NCBI GenBank assembly: GCA_963841135.1
Contig: CAWJBJ010000004.1
Location: forward strand, 543,496-607,495
Direction: 5' to 3'
DNA from: an uncultured Chloroflexia bacterium
Lineage (GTDB): Bacteria; Chloroflexota; Limnocylindria; Limnocylindrales; CSP1-4
Length of the DNA: 64,000 nt
This document shows positions 50,867 through 61,635 of this stretch, piece after piece (the first letter of the stretch is position 1; each line of letters starts with the position of its first letter). The position numbers and the translations under genes were made by a program. Under the pieces are notes generated by a model. That model made no database searches, had not been told where the DNA came from, and worked only from the letters and a program-made list of their open reading frames with translations.

Positions 50867-51085
50867 ATGATCCATCCCTCCGAGCCTGAGCTTCGCCCGA
50901 TCGCCGTGCGCGATGGACGCACGGCGCCGGTGACGTGCTTCGCGTGTGGTTGCCGACTCGCCGAGCAGGGCGACGCCTGGTTCCACTTCAACCCGCTGGG
51001 CGGTCGCGATGCGCGCGGCTGCCGCGTCGGATGTGCGGATGCCGCGCACGACGCCGCGGGTCGCGCGATCGCCGTCGCCATCTGA
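50867..51085 (+). CDS. small Cys-containing hypothetical protein
   Basis: 72 aa from ATG 50867 with CFACGC and GCRVGC pairs (possible zinc-binding). Weak coding evidence. Confidence 0.3.
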   Translation: MIHPSEPELRPIAVRDGRTAPVTCFACGCRLAEQGDAWFHFNPLGGRDARGCRVGCADAAHDAAGRAIAVAI

Positions 51086-51090
51086 TCCGC

Positions 51091-51111
51091 CGACGCGCAG
51101 CTCGCGCGTCG
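51091..51111. terminator. hairpin between convergent genes
   Basis: CGACGCGC-agctc-GCGCGTCG, an 8-bp GC stem with no U-tract. Confidence 0.3.
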
Positions 51112-51128
51112 CACCGGGATCGGCCGAC

Positions 51129-51839
51129 CTAGCCCTCGACGACGATCCGATAGCCCACGCCGCGGACCGCCACGATATGCGGCCCCTCCGCGGCTTCGAC
51201 CTTGGAGCGGAGACGCGCGAGGTGTGGCTTCAGCCAGAGCAGGTCCGGATCGGTCTCGGCCGGCCAGCCGGCACGGGCCAGTTGCAGGTGCGGGACGATG
51301 TCGCCGCCCGCGCGCACGAGCGCCTCGAGCAGCCGGAACTCCGTCGGCGTCAGCGTCAAGGGCACGTCGCCGACACGCGCCTCGTGCCGTCCCGGCTCCA
51401 GGACGAGCGATCCCGCCTCCAGCGGCCCGCCCGCCGGTCCGCCGCCAGTCCCGGCGCGATCCACGCGGCGCATGATCGCCGCGATCCGTGCCAGCAGCTC
51501 GGCCTTGCCGAACGGCTTCGTCAGATAGTCGTCGGCGCCCAGGCCGAGTGCCCGGACCTTGGCGGCCTCGCCGCTCTCGCCCGACACGATCATGATCGGC
51601 GCCTGGCCCACGGCCCGCATCTGGCCCGCGACGCTGAACCCGTCCGGTCCGGGCATCGCGAGATCGAGCAACACCAGGTCGGGATGCTCCTCGCGGAAGC
51701 GCTTGACGGCCGTCAGGCCGTCGTAGGCCGTGATGACCTGGTGGCCCTCGGTCCCGACCAGCGCGGTCACCGCGCCGACCATCGCGGGGTCGTCATCGAC
51801 GACAAGGATCCGGAGCGGTCGGGTGCTCATCGTGATCAT
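51129..51839 (-). CDS. OmpR/PhoB-family response regulator
   Basis: Receiver domain (ILVVDDD, DLVLLDLAMPG, K at TKPF) and a winged-helix C-terminus (LTPTEFRLLE..VRGVGYR). Confidence 0.9.
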   Translation of the reverse strand: MITMSTRPLRILVVDDDPAMVGAVTALVGTEGHQVITAYDGLTAVKRFREEHPDLVLLDLAMPGPDGFSVAGQMRAVGQAPIMIVSGESGEAAKVRALGLGADDYLTKPFGKAELLARIAAIMRRVDRAGTGGGPAGGPLEAGSLVLEPGRHEARVGDVPLTLTPTEFRLLEALVRAGGDIVPHLQLARAGWPAETDPDLLWLKPHLARLRSKVEAAEGPHIVAVRGVGYRIVVEG

Positions 51840-51857
51840 GTTCCTCTCGATCCAGTC

Positions 51858-53174
51858 TCAGACGGCCACGGCGGCGGGAAGGGCGACGACGAAGCGCGCG
51901 CCGTGCGTTCGGGCGGGCTCGCACCACAGGCGGGCGCCCATGGACTCCCCGAGACGCTTGGCGGCGTACAGGCCGATCCCGGAGCCCCGCGCGGTGTGGG
52001 TGTCGCGGCGGGCGTAGGGCTCGAAGATCCGCTCGCGCCATTCCTCGGGGATGCCCGGACCCTCGTCGCTGACGCCCAGATGGACGACACCCTCGGCGAG
52101 GGCCCAATCGATAGTGATCGTCGTCTGCGGGGGCGCGTACTTCACCGCGTTCTCGACGAGGTGTTCGAGGATCTGGCGGAGGCGCGGCGGGTCGGCGAGG
52201 ACCTGCAGGCGCGGCGTTGGCCGGACGTCGACCTGGTGGTTCGCGATCAGCGGCCGGAGCGAGCCGACGACCTCGTCGACGACGGCCTGGACGTCGAACG
52301 GCGTGACGCTGGCAGGCCCCTCGGGCACGACCCGCACCGACGCCAGGATGGAGTCCACGAGCCGGTCGAGCCGTTCGACCTGCTCGAGCGTCGCGCGGTG
52401 CCAGGCGGCCCGGGTCTCGCGGCGCGAGATGTCGCGCGACTTGCGCCCGACGAGGGGCGGCTCCTCGGCGAGCAGGTCCGTGTAGGCGCGCACGACGGCC
52501 AGCGGGGTGCGCAGCTCGTGGGTGACGAGCGCGATCAGCTCGCTGCGCGCCTCGTCGATGGCCTTGAGCGCCTCGACCCGGGCCTCGGCCTCGGATTGCT
52601 GCCGGCCCTTCTCGACGATGCCCGCGAGCAGGTCGGCGACCGCACCGAGCTGGTCGACATCGGAGGGGCCGAAGTCGCGCGGCCGCTCGGTCTGGACGTT
52701 GAGCACGCCGACCGTCTGGCCGTGCCACGACAGCGGCACGGAGAGCATCGAGGCCACGAAGCGTCGCTGGTCGATGCCGCGCACCCACAGGAACCGCGGG
52801 TCGGCTTTCACATCGGCGATGACGAGCGGCTCCTGCGACGCGGCGACGCGGCCCGTGACGCCCTCGCCGAACGGGACCCGCGCCCGGCCGATCTGGTAGC
52901 GGTCGAGGCCGTTGGTCGCGGCCAGCGTCAGGTACGCTCCGTCCCGGTCCACCAGGTACAGGGAGGAGACGTCCGCGTGGAGCGCGTCCCGGGTCCCGTC
53001 GATGACCGTCTCGAGCAGCTCGTCCCAGGTCCGGGCGGTCGTGGCCAGGCGCAGGACCTGGTGCAGGAAGCGCAGCTGCTCGAGCTCGTATCGACCGCGC
53101 GGCGTCGGGCGCGGGCGGGAATCGAGCGGATCGGCGGCGCGCGCTACGCCGTGCCGGGTGGTCGACATGGCCAT
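51858..53174 (-). CDS. GAF-domain sensor histidine kinase
   Basis: Start at MAMSTTRHG. GAF segment, H-box LVTHELRTPL, N-box NAVKYAP and G-boxes DEGPGI and GSGIGL. Confidence 0.85.
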   Translation of the reverse strand: MAMSTTRHGVARAADPLDSRPRPTPRGRYELEQLRFLHQVLRLATTARTWDELLETVIDGTRDALHADVSSLYLVDRDGAYLTLAATNGLDRYQIGRARVPFGEGVTGRVAASQEPLVIADVKADPRFLWVRGIDQRRFVASMLSVPLSWHGQTVGVLNVQTERPRDFGPSDVDQLGAVADLLAGIVEKGRQQSEAEARVEALKAIDEARSELIALVTHELRTPLAVVRAYTDLLAEEPPLVGRKSRDISRRETRAAWHRATLEQVERLDRLVDSILASVRVVPEGPASVTPFDVQAVVDEVVGSLRPLIANHQVDVRPTPRLQVLADPPRLRQILEHLVENAVKYAPPQTTITIDWALAEGVVHLGVSDEGPGIPEEWRERIFEPYARRDTHTARGSGIGLYAAKRLGESMGARLWCEPARTHGARFVVALPAAVAV

Positions 53175-53206
53175 CACCTTACAAGCGTACGGAAGCGTCG
53201 TCGCTC

Positions 53207-53234
53207 GAAAGGTTGCGGTCCGGGAAAGGTTGCG
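53207..53234. repeat. direct repeat GAAAGGTTGCG x2 (17-bp period) in the kinase/ppc divergent region
   Basis: Identical 11-mers at 53207-53217 and 53224-53234. GGTCCG occurs three times (53217, 53244, 53253). Confidence 0.6.
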
Positions 53235-53263
53235 AAGCGGTACGGTCCGCAAGGTCCGCTCTC

Positions 53264-56101
53264 GTGAGCGCCTCGCCGCGACGCGGACCCTCGGCCGCGG
53301 TCCGTGCCGAACCGGCCGGCATCGGCACGTCCGGCGCGCCGGACACGCTGTCCGCCGAGGTCCGGCTGATGGGCGCGCTCCTCGGCCAGATCGTCACCGA
53401 GCAGGCCGGCCCCGAGCTGTTCGAGCTCGTCGAGCGCGTCCGCCGGCGCACGATCGCGCTGCGCCACGACGACGATCCCGAGGAGCGCCGCCGGCTCGAC
53501 GAGGACCTCGCGGGTCTCGACCTCGGGTCCGCGGAGGCGGTCATCGGGGCGTTCGCGCTGTACTTCCAGCTGGTCAACCTGGTGGAGGCGCGCGGGCGGG
53601 TGCGGGCGCTCCGGCGCCGTGAACGAGCTGCCCGGGACGGCGTCCTCGACGACTCGGTGGCGGAGGCGATCGGCGAGCTCCGCCGGACCGGCCGGACGGA
53701 CGCCGAGCTCGACGCGTTGCTGGGTCGCCTCTCGATCACGCTCGTGCTGACCGCGCACCCCACAGAGGCCCGGCGGCGGACCGCGCTCGTCGCCCTGCGT
53801 CGCTGCGCGACGCTCCTCGAGCGGCTCGACGACCCGCGCCTGACCCCATCCGAGGACCGTGACGTCCGCCGCCGGCTGCGCGAGGAGATCACGCTCCTGT
53901 GGCGCACGTCGGACCTACGAGCCGTGTCGCCGTCGCCGCTCGACGAGGCCCGCACCGCGATGGCGTTCTTCGACGCGACGCTGTTCACGGTCGTGACCAG
54001 GCTGTACCGGGCGCTCGACGCCGCCGTGGATCCGCCGGCGTCGCGACGGGGCGCCGGGCGCCGCGACCGACTCGGGGCGGACCGGCACGCGCCCACCGCG
54101 CGTCGCCCCGTTCCTGCGCTGGGGCAGCTGGATCGGTGGCGATCGGGACGGCAACCCGGGCGTCACCGCCGACATCAGCGAGCGGACGCTGCGGATCCAG
54201 GCCGAACACGTCCTCCACGGGTACGAGGCCGTCGCGACCCGGCTCATGCAGACGACGGCCGCGGCCGCCTCGAGCGAGCGGGTCTCGCGGCACCTGGCGT
54301 CACGCCTCGCGCGCGATGCCGAGATGCTCCCCGAGGTGGACCGGCAGGTCCGGCGCCGCTTCCCCGACGAGCCGTACCGGCAGCGCTTCGGGTTCATGGC
54401 CGAGCGACTGCGCCGGACGCGGGCCTCGCTGATCGGCGAGGCGGCGCCGCTGACCGGCCGGTACGTCTCGCCCGAGGAGCTCGACGCCGAGCTCGACGAG
54501 CTGCAGGAGGCGCTTCTCGCGGACGGCCTCGATCGGGTCGCGTGGGGCGACGTCGCCGACCTTCGCTGGCAGCTCGGCACGTTCGGGTTCCATCTGGCGT
54601 CGCTCGAGATCCGCCAGCACGCCAGCGTCCACCGCGCCGCGTTGGAGGCGCTGCGGGCGGGCGCGGGCGGCGCGGCCGCGGGAACGGACGGCGGCGAGGC
54701 GGCGGACACCGCGGGCTCGCGCGAGGTCTCGCCGGGCGTCTCGCTCGACGAGGTGACCGGCACGTTCCGGTCGATCGCCGCGATCCAGGCGCGCTACGGC
54801 GTCGAGGCCTGTCGCCGGTTCGTCGTGAGCTTCACGTCCTCGGCGAGCGACGTCACCGACGTCCTCGAGCTCGCGCGCATCGCCACCGATGGCGTGCCAC
54901 CCGTTCTCGATGTCGTGCCCCTGTTCGAGACGACCGAGGCGCTCGCCGGAGCGGGCGGGATCCTCGACGCGATGCTTCGCGACCCGGTCTATCGGGCCCA
55001 TCTGGCCGAACGCGGCGACCGCCAGGAGGCGATGCTCGGCTACTCGGATTCGAACAAGGAATTCGGGGTTCCTGTCCGCCGCCTGGATGCTCCATCGGGC
55101 CCAGGAAGGGCTCGTCGAGGTCGCCGCCGCGACACGGTCTCGAGCTGACCCTGTTCCACGGCCGTGGTGGCGCGATCGGCCGCGGCGGTGGCCCGACGAA
55201 TCGCGCGATCCTGGGCCAGGCGCCGGGCTCGGTGGACGGGCGGCTGAAGCTGACCGAGCAGGGCGAGGTGATCGCCGCGAACTACTCGGACCCGGGCATC
55301 GCCCGGCGGCACCTCGAGCAGGTCACCGCGGCCGTGCTGCTGGCCTCGACGCCGGAACACGACGCCACGCTGGCGGCGGCGCTTTCCACGGGCCGGCCGA
55401 TCATCGACGAACTGGCCGCCACGTCCCGCGAGGCGTACCGGGCGCTCGTCCACGACGACCCGGGGTTCGCCTCGTTCTTCCGGGACATCACCCCGATCGC
55501 GGAGCTGTCGGCGCTCCGGCTCGGGTCCCGACCGGCGGCCCGCGGCCGGTCCGAGGGCGCGCCGTCGATCGACAGCCTGCGGGCGATCCCGTGGACGTTC
55601 GCGTGGTCGCAGTCCCGCATCAACCTGCCCGGCTGGTACGGGCTCGGGACGGCCCTCGAGCGGTACCGCGCCGTCCACGGCGAGGCCGGGCTCGACGCGG
55701 TCGCCCGGCTCGCGCGCGACTGGCCGTTCCTGCGGAGCCTCGTCGACAACGCCGAGATGAGCCTGGCCAAGGCCGACATGGGCGTCGCCCGCCTGTACGC
55801 GGCGCTCGCGAACGGGGATGGCGACGGCAGCCGCTGGGCGACCATCGAGACCGAGTTCCACCGCACGGTCGCGATGCTGCGGCGGATCACGGGGCGCGAG
55901 CGGCTGCTCGACGACGCGCCGGTGCTCCAGCGCTCGATCGCCCTCCGGAACCCGTACGTCGATTCGCTGTCCGAGCTCCAGGTCCGCCTGCTGGCGCGAC
56001 TTCGCGCGCTGCCGGCCGGCGACCCCGAGCGCGATCGCGTGCTGCGCCTGGTCCAGCTCACCGTCAACGGCGTCGCGGCCGGCCTCCAGAACACGGGGTA
56101 G
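53264..56101 (+). pseudogene. ppc: phosphoenolpyruvate carboxylase, three +1 frameshifts (about 54050, 55061, 55132)
   Basis: VLTAHPTE in frame 2; FLRWGSWIGGDRDGNP through MLGYSDSNKE in frame 3; SGFLSAAWMLHRAQ in frame 1; LFHGRGGAIGRGGGP through the C-terminal GLQNTG back in frame 2. Confidence 0.9.
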
Positions 56102-56111
56102 CGGCGGGCGC

Positions 56112-56685
56112 ATGGACCACGCGGACCACGTCGGCCTGCTGAGGGGCGGCGTCATCGAACCGGGCGGCACGTGGGCGGACATCGGTGCGGGTGCAGGGGC
56201 GTTCACGCTCGCGCTCGCGGATCTCCTCGGGCCCGGGGCCCGGATCATCGCCGTCGATCGCGATGCCCGCGCGCTGGCGACGAATGCGGAGACGGTTCGC
56301 GCACGCTTTCCGGGCGTCGAGATCGAGGCCCGCCAGGCCGACTTCGAGGGTGCGCTGGTCCTGCCGGCCCTCGACGGGCTGGTCGGCCGCCAACAGCCTG
56401 CACTTCGTCCGGCGCGATCGGCAGGCCGACGTCGTCCGCCGGCTCGTGGCCAGCCTCCGCCCGGGCGGCACGTTCATCGTGGTCGAGTACGACGCGGACC
56501 GGGGCAATCCATGGGTGCCGCACCCGTTCGGGTCTGCGTCGTGGAAAGGGCTGGCGGCGGACGCCGGGCTGGTCGACACGATCGAGATCGGCCGCGTGCC
56601 GAGCCGGTTCCTGGGCGCCATCTACGCGGCGGTGGGCCGGCGGACGGCGGTCGAGGCGGAGCGCGACCGGAGGCTAGCCGGCTAG
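56112..56685 (+). pseudogene. class I SAM-dependent methyltransferase, +1 frameshift near 56385
   Basis: Motif I DIGAGAGAFTLALA and IAVDRD in one frame. AANSLHFV and LRPGGTFIVVEYD follow in the next frame. Confidence 0.7.
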
Positions 56686-56831
56686 GTCGGCGCCCCCGGA
56701 TCGGTCGTCCTCACGACGCTCTCATGGGCGCCCGCGACGATCCGTCCAGGTTCGTTCGAGGGAGAACCACCCGAGGCGCGTATGCACCGACCGGATTGAC
56801 CACGCCCGACCACGCACACCAAGGAGATCAC

Positions 56832-57199
56832 ATGGACCACATCAACCAGCCATTCGTGCCGGCGCCGCCGGCCGCCGCCGGCGACGACGACACCGACCGG
56901 CGGCGTGCGTCGCACGGTCATCACCGCCGCGATCGCAGGTCTGCTGCTCGTCGGCGGTGGCGTTGCCGCCGTCTCGGCGGCCACGCCGGATCCGTCGTCG
57001 GCCCCGAGCACGACGGCGCCCGACACGACTCCATCCACCGGCCGGGACGCCGCGCACCCACACGCGCGCCGATGGCGACTGCCCGAAGCGGCTGACGGCG
57101 GCGCGGGCGGCTCGGGTGGCTCGTCGGAGGCACCGTCCACGACGCCCGACACGACGCCGGACGACCGCGCCGAGCACGGCGCCGACGCCGCTGACCTAG
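56832..57199 (+). pseudogene. small membrane-anchored Thr/Pro/Ser-rich protein, frame-disrupted
   Basis: AAGGAG lies 6 nt before ATG 56832 (MDHINQPF..). The TM segment VITAAIAGLLLVGGGVAAV is in the +1 frame from about 56900. Only the frames other than the TM frame stop before the hairpin at 57212. Confidence 0.3.
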
Positions 57200-57211
57200 C
57201 CTCCCACTCCT

Positions 57212-57235
57212 GGCGGCCCGCTTCGGCGGGCCGTC
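57212..57235. terminator. bidirectional GC hairpin with a TTCG loop between convergent genes
   Basis: GGCGGCCCGC-TTCG-GCGGGCCGTC (10 bp). No U-tract on either strand. Confidence 0.45.
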
Positions 57236-57241
57236 AGCTCG

Positions 57242-58450
57242 TCAGCCCGAGCCCGATCGATCGAGCAGCCGCGCGAGAGTCGCGCCGAGCGCGTCGTAGT
57301 CGGCGGGCTCGTTGTAGGGTGCGGCCGAGATCCGGACGGTGACGACCCGCGGCTCATCTTCTGCGCGTGCCCGGGCGGCCCGGACCGGCCACGTCGGCAG
57401 CGGGACCTCGAAGCCGCTGGCAAACAGACGCTGGTCGAGCTCGACCGCGGCAGCCTCGGTCCACGTCCCCGGGAGTGGGATCGCGGCCATCGCGCCGAGC
57501 ATGTCGTCCGGCGCCGCGACCGCCTCGATCCCGAGCGCTCGACGGATCCGATCGCGCCCGTCGATCGCCAGCGCGTGGTCGGCGGCCATCACGCCGGCCC
57601 AGCCGCCCGGCAGGTGATCGGCGACCCAGTCCAGGGCGATCGGGAGCGCAAGTGAGCCGGTCGGATCGGGCGTCCCGATCCAATCGAACTCCCATCGATA
57701 GCGGCTCCGTCCGGCCAGCGGCTCGTTCGCGCCGTGCGAGACCACGAGCGGATGCATCGCGGCCCGGCGGTCGGTACGGACCCACAGCACGCCGGTCCCC
57801 TTCGGCCCGCACATCCACTTGTGCCCGTTGCCCGCCCAGTACGCGGCGCCGAGCGCGTCGACGTCGACCGGCACCATCCCGGGCGCATGGGCGGCGTCGA
57901 CGAGCGTGTCGATGCCCAGGTCCGCGAACTCGCGGACGATCCGCTCGATCGGGAAGATCAGCGCTGTCGGGCTCGTCACGTGGCTGACGACCAGCAGGCG
58001 TGTCCGCGGCGTGACCGCGACGAGGAGCCCATCGACCACGACGTCGGGTCCGGCGATCGGGAAGGGGATCGGCGCCACCACGACTCGGGCGCCCTGCCGC
58101 TCGGCGACCGCGCGCATCGCGTTGATCGTGGCGTTGTACTCGTGATCGCCGGTGAGGAGCTCGTCGCCCGGCTCGAACCGGAGGCTGGCGAGGACCGTGT
58201 TGATCGCGGCCGTCGCGTTCGGGACGAACGCCAGCCCGTCCGGATCGGCTTGGAGGAACGCGGCCACGGACTCACGGGCGCCATCCAGCCGTGCCGGGAG
58301 CTGGCGGGTCAGGAAGCGGACCGGCTCCGACTCCATCTCCTCGCGCAGTGCCTGCTGCGCCTCGAGGACGTCCGTCGGACACGCACCGGCATTGCCGTGG
58401 TTGAGGAATGTGACGGCCGGGTCGAGGCGCCAGCCGAGGTCGGTCCGCAT
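57242..58450 (-). CDS. class V aminotransferase (isopenicillin-N epimerase/cysteine desulfurase-like)
   Basis: Start at MRTDLGW. Contains FLNHG, DAAHAPG and GNGHKW (PLP Lys). 402 aa. Confidence 0.8.
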   Translation of the reverse strand: MRTDLGWRLDPAVTFLNHGNAGACPTDVLEAQQALREEMESEPVRFLTRQLPARLDGARESVAAFLQADPDGLAFVPNATAAINTVLASLRFEPGDELLTGDHEYNATINAMRAVAERQGARVVVAPIPFPIAGPDVVVDGLLVAVTPRTRLLVVSHVTSPTALIFPIERIVREFADLGIDTLVDAAHAPGMVPVDVDALGAAYWAGNGHKWMCGPKGTGVLWVRTDRRAAMHPLVVSHGANEPLAGRSRYRWEFDWIGTPDPTGSLALPIALDWVADHLPGGWAGVMAADHALAIDGRDRIRRALGIEAVAAPDDMLGAMAAIPLPGTWTEAAAVELDQRLFASGFEVPLPTWPVRAARARAEDEPRVVTVRISAAPYNEPADYDALGATLARLLDRSGSG

Positions 58451-58511
58451 CGGCCCGAGTATGCGGCGCGCATCGGTCGGGCGGCGGACGCCCGAACGCG
58501 GTGCCCGGGGC

Positions 58512-59270
58512 TCAGGTCGCGGGCGCGAGCCTGGGGCCGTCGATGCGATCGCCGGACCGCGCGACGATCGGCTGGGGCGCGCCCGGCGCGAGCCAGTGGA
58601 CCACACCCTCGCCGACCACCCGCCACGGCGCGTCGGGCGTGATGACCACGCCGGTCCGTTCCGCAAGACCGAGCAGGCCGAGGTCCGGCGGGAGCAGGTC
58701 GCCGTACCGAGTCAGGACCCGCGTCCAGGCGGCCGGGTCGGCGTGTGGCGCGACGACGAGGCCAGCGACAACGCCCAGACCCGCGACGACGCCATCGGGC
58801 GTCCAGGTGATCGGCGCCATGGCCATCGCCCCCGCGCTCGCGCCGGCCAGCACGGCCCCGGCGTCGTGCGCCGATCCGATCGCAGCCCAGGCGGCCGAAC
58901 CGGCCATCACGTGCGGGATCAGGTCGGGGTCGCCACCCGGGAAGTGGATGAGGTGCGCCGCCCGCAGGCGTTCCGCCAACTCCCGATCCGCGGCCGACTC
59001 CGCATCGATGACCAGGACCGGCTCGGCCTGGACCGTCCGACCCGTCTCACGAGCGACGCGGTCGAACGCGGCCACGCCGTTCGCTGCGGCGATGCCCGGC
59101 CGGCCACGAGCGGCTGCCGTCGAGACGACGGCGATACGGATCGGGTCGGTGGCCCCGGCAAGCGACGCCGCCGCGTCCAGGAGCGTCTCGAGGAACGGCT
59201 CGTCGCCGGGCTCGAACTCGCCACCGCCATGGAGCGCGACGGGTCCGGGCCGTCTCGTGGTGTCAGCCAC
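58512..59270 (-). CDS. peptidase S51 / type 1 glutamine amidotransferase-like protein
   Basis: Contains HGGGEF, IHFPGGDP and GASAGAMAM (nucleophile Ser context). Confidence 0.6.
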   Translation of the reverse strand: MADTTRRPGPVALHGGGEFEPGDEPFLETLLDAAASLAGATDPIRIAVVSTAAARGRPGIAAANGVAAFDRVARETGRTVQAEPVLVIDAESAADRELAERLRAAHLIHFPGGDPDLIPHVMAGSAAWAAIGSAHDAGAVLAGASAGAMAMAPITWTPDGVVAGLGVVAGLVVAPHADPAAWTRVLTRYGDLLPPDLGLLGLAERTGVVITPDAPWRVVGEGVVHWLAPGAPQPIVARSGDRIDGPRLAPAT

Positions 59271-59649
59271 CGGTCGCGCCGTCGTCGGGCGGCGTCACGT
59301 CCTTCATCGGTGGGCGCGGCCCGAGCGGGTCGCCGCCATCGGGCCCGCCGCGTCCACGACGCAGGATCCGGCCGACCGCGTCCGGCGCCGTGACGAATGG
59401 CGCGAGGTAGGCCAGCAGCAGGATCGGGACGAGGAAGCGGATCGCTCCCGGGCGGACCGCAAGGAGCATCGCGACCGCCCACAGGCCGAGGGCGTAGAGG
59501 CCGATCGTGCGTGGCGCCAGGCCGGCCAGCTGCAGCCGGCGCGCTGGGATGAGGATGATCAGGGCGAGGATCAGCCCGATGGCGAGGATCCAGGGAGGCG
59601 GCACGACTCGATCATACGTGCCGGTCCGTCCGCCGGCTCGGACCGACAC
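59263..59649 (-). CDS. small membrane protein
   Basis: Three hydrophobic helices. Overlaps the downstream gene by 8 nt. Start uncertain. Confidence 0.4.
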   Translation of the reverse strand: MSVRAGGRTGTYDRVVPPPWILAIGLILALIILIPARRLQLAGLAPRTIGLYALGLWAVAMLLAVRPGAIRFLVPILLLAYLAPFVTAPDAVGRILRRGRGGPDGGDPLGPRPPMKDVTPPDDGATGG

Positions 59650-59656
59650 TCGCGGG

Positions 59657-60502
59657 TCAGCGGTTCAGGTTCCGATAGCGCCGGACGCCGAGCGGGCCGA
59701 AGACGCCGATGATGACCACCACCCAGGCAAGGGTCACGAGGATCGGGTTCTGTCCGGGAAAGCTGTCCGGGATGATGGGGTTCGGGTTCCCCCAGAGCTG
59801 CCGCAGCGAGGCGGTGAGCGTGCTGGTCGGGTTCCACTCGGCGACCGGTTGGAGCCACGTCGGCAGCGTCGAGGTTGCCACGAACACGTTCGAGATGAAG
59901 GTGATCGGGAAGAGGACGGTGAACCCCACCTGCTGAGCAACCTCGACGGTCGGGACCGACAGGCCCAGCCAGACGCCGAGCCACGACATCGCGAACGCGA
60001 ACAGCAGCAGGAGTCCGACGCCGGCGAGCAACTCGGGAAGGCCCGTGCGCACGGTCCAGCCGACGGCGAGACCCGAGAGCATGAGCACGATCAGGATGCC
60101 GCCGTTGTAGACGACGTCCGCGAGCGTCCGTCCGGTGAGCACCGCCGAACGGGCCATCGGCAGGGACCGGAACCGGTCGATGAGGCCCTTGTTGATGTCG
60201 TCGGCCATGCCGATCGCGGTGGTCGCCGCAGCGAACACGATCGTCTGGCCGAAGATCCCCGGCATCAGGTACTCGCGGAAGGCGTTCGGATCCGGGTACC
60301 CCGGCAGCGCGATCGCGCCGCCGAAGACGAACGCGAAGAGCAGCACGAACATGATCGACTGGAGGATCGCGAAGATCGCGAGCTCGGGGATCCTCGGGAT
60401 GCGCTTCAGGTTCCGCCACATGACGACGAGGCCGTCGACGGCCGATTGGCGGACGCCGCCGTTGGGGGCGGGCAAGCGGCGGGTCTGGCTGGTGGCGCTC
60501 AT
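59657..60502 (-). CDS. ABC-2 type exporter permease (DrrB-like)
   Basis: 281 aa with six TM helices. ATGA overlap with the upstream ATPase gene. Confidence 0.85.
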   Translation of the reverse strand: MSATSQTRRLPAPNGGVRQSAVDGLVVMWRNLKRIPRIPELAIFAILQSIMFVLLFAFVFGGAIALPGYPDPNAFREYLMPGIFGQTIVFAAATTAIGMADDINKGLIDRFRSLPMARSAVLTGRTLADVVYNGGILIVLMLSGLAVGWTVRTGLPELLAGVGLLLLFAFAMSWLGVWLGLSVPTVEVAQQVGFTVLFPITFISNVFVATSTLPTWLQPVAEWNPTSTLTASLRQLWGNPNPIIPDSFPGQNPILVTLAWVVVIIGVFGPLGVRRYRNLNR

Positions 60503-61473
60503 GCCGCGGTCTCCGAGTCCTCGACGAGCGAGGCGTGTCCGGTCAGGCTCAGGAAGACGTCGTCGAGGGTCGGCCGACGCAGGCCGATGTCGTCGATCCC
60601 GATCCCGGCCTCGTCGAAGTCCCGCACGACCTGCACGAGGCGCGCGGCCCCGCCGTGCGCGGCCACGGTCAGTCGTCGCGTGTGCTCGTCGACGAGCGGC
60701 TGCTCGCCGGCCAAGCGGGCCAGGATCTCGATGGCCTTCGGGACGACGTCACGAGCGTGGACGACCACCTCGATGCGCTCGCCGCCGACCTGCGCCTTGA
60801 GCTCGTCCGCCGTGCCGCGCGCGATGATCCGGCCGTGGTCGACGACGGCGATCGTGTCGGCGAGCTCGTCGGCCTCCTCGAGGTACTGCGTCGTCAGGAG
60901 CAGCGTGGTGCCCTCGCGGACCAGGCCCCGGATCACGTCCCACATCCCGAGTCGGCTGCGCGGGTCGAGGCCGGTCGTGGGCTCGTCGAGGAAGAGCAGG
61001 CTCGGCCGCCCGATGAGGGCGCTCCCGAGGTCGAGCCGGCGTCGCATGCCGCCCGAGTAGGTCTTGACGGTCCGATCGGCCGCGTCGTTCAGCTCGAACT
61101 GCTCGAGGAGCTCGCCGGCCCGCTTTCGTGCTTCTGCGCTCGAGAGCTGGTAGAGCCGTCCGAACATCCACAGGTTCTCGCGACCGGTCAGGTTCTCGTC
61201 GATCGCCGCGTACTGCCCGGAGAGCCCGATCACCGAGCGCAGCTGCTGGGCCTGCTTGACGACATCGAAGCCGGCCACCGTCGCCCGGCCCGCGTCGGGA
61301 CGAAGCAGCGTGGTCAGGATGCGGACCGCGGTGGTCTTGCCGGCGCCGTTGGGCCCGAGCAGGCCAAGCACGGTCCCTTCCTCGACGGTGAGGTCGAGTC
61401 CGTCGAGTGCGCGGACCTCGTTCTTTCGGCTTTTGTAGACCTTGACCAGGCCTTCAGCGGTGATGGCAGGCAT
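60499..61473 (-). CDS. ABC transporter ATP-binding protein (DrrA-like)
   Basis: Start at MPAITAEGL. Walker A GPNGAGKTT, signature YSGGMRRR, Walker B LLFLDEPTTGLD. Confidence 0.9.
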   Translation of the reverse strand: MPAITAEGLVKVYKSRKNEVRALDGLDLTVEEGTVLGLLGPNGAGKTTAVRILTTLLRPDAGRATVAGFDVVKQAQQLRSVIGLSGQYAAIDENLTGRENLWMFGRLYQLSSAEARKRAGELLEQFELNDAADRTVKTYSGGMRRRLDLGSALIGRPSLLFLDEPTTGLDPRSRLGMWDVIRGLVREGTTLLLTTQYLEEADELADTIAVVDHGRIIARGTADELKAQVGGERIEVVVHARDVVPKAIEILARLAGEQPLVDEHTRRLTVAAHGGAARLVQVVRDFDEAGIGIDDIGLRRPTLDDVFLSLTGHASLVEDSETAA

Positions 61474-61635
61474 GGCGTGACCTTTCGCGGCGCGGGGGGC
61501 GACCCGACGGGGCGTTCGGGCAGGGTCGGCCAGTATACGACCCTCGCGTCCTGCGGTTCGCATCGGCCGGACGGGGAGCGGAGCCGGCGCGATAGGCTCG
61601 GCGTTTCGTCACCGATCGGACTCCGTGATTCGCCC

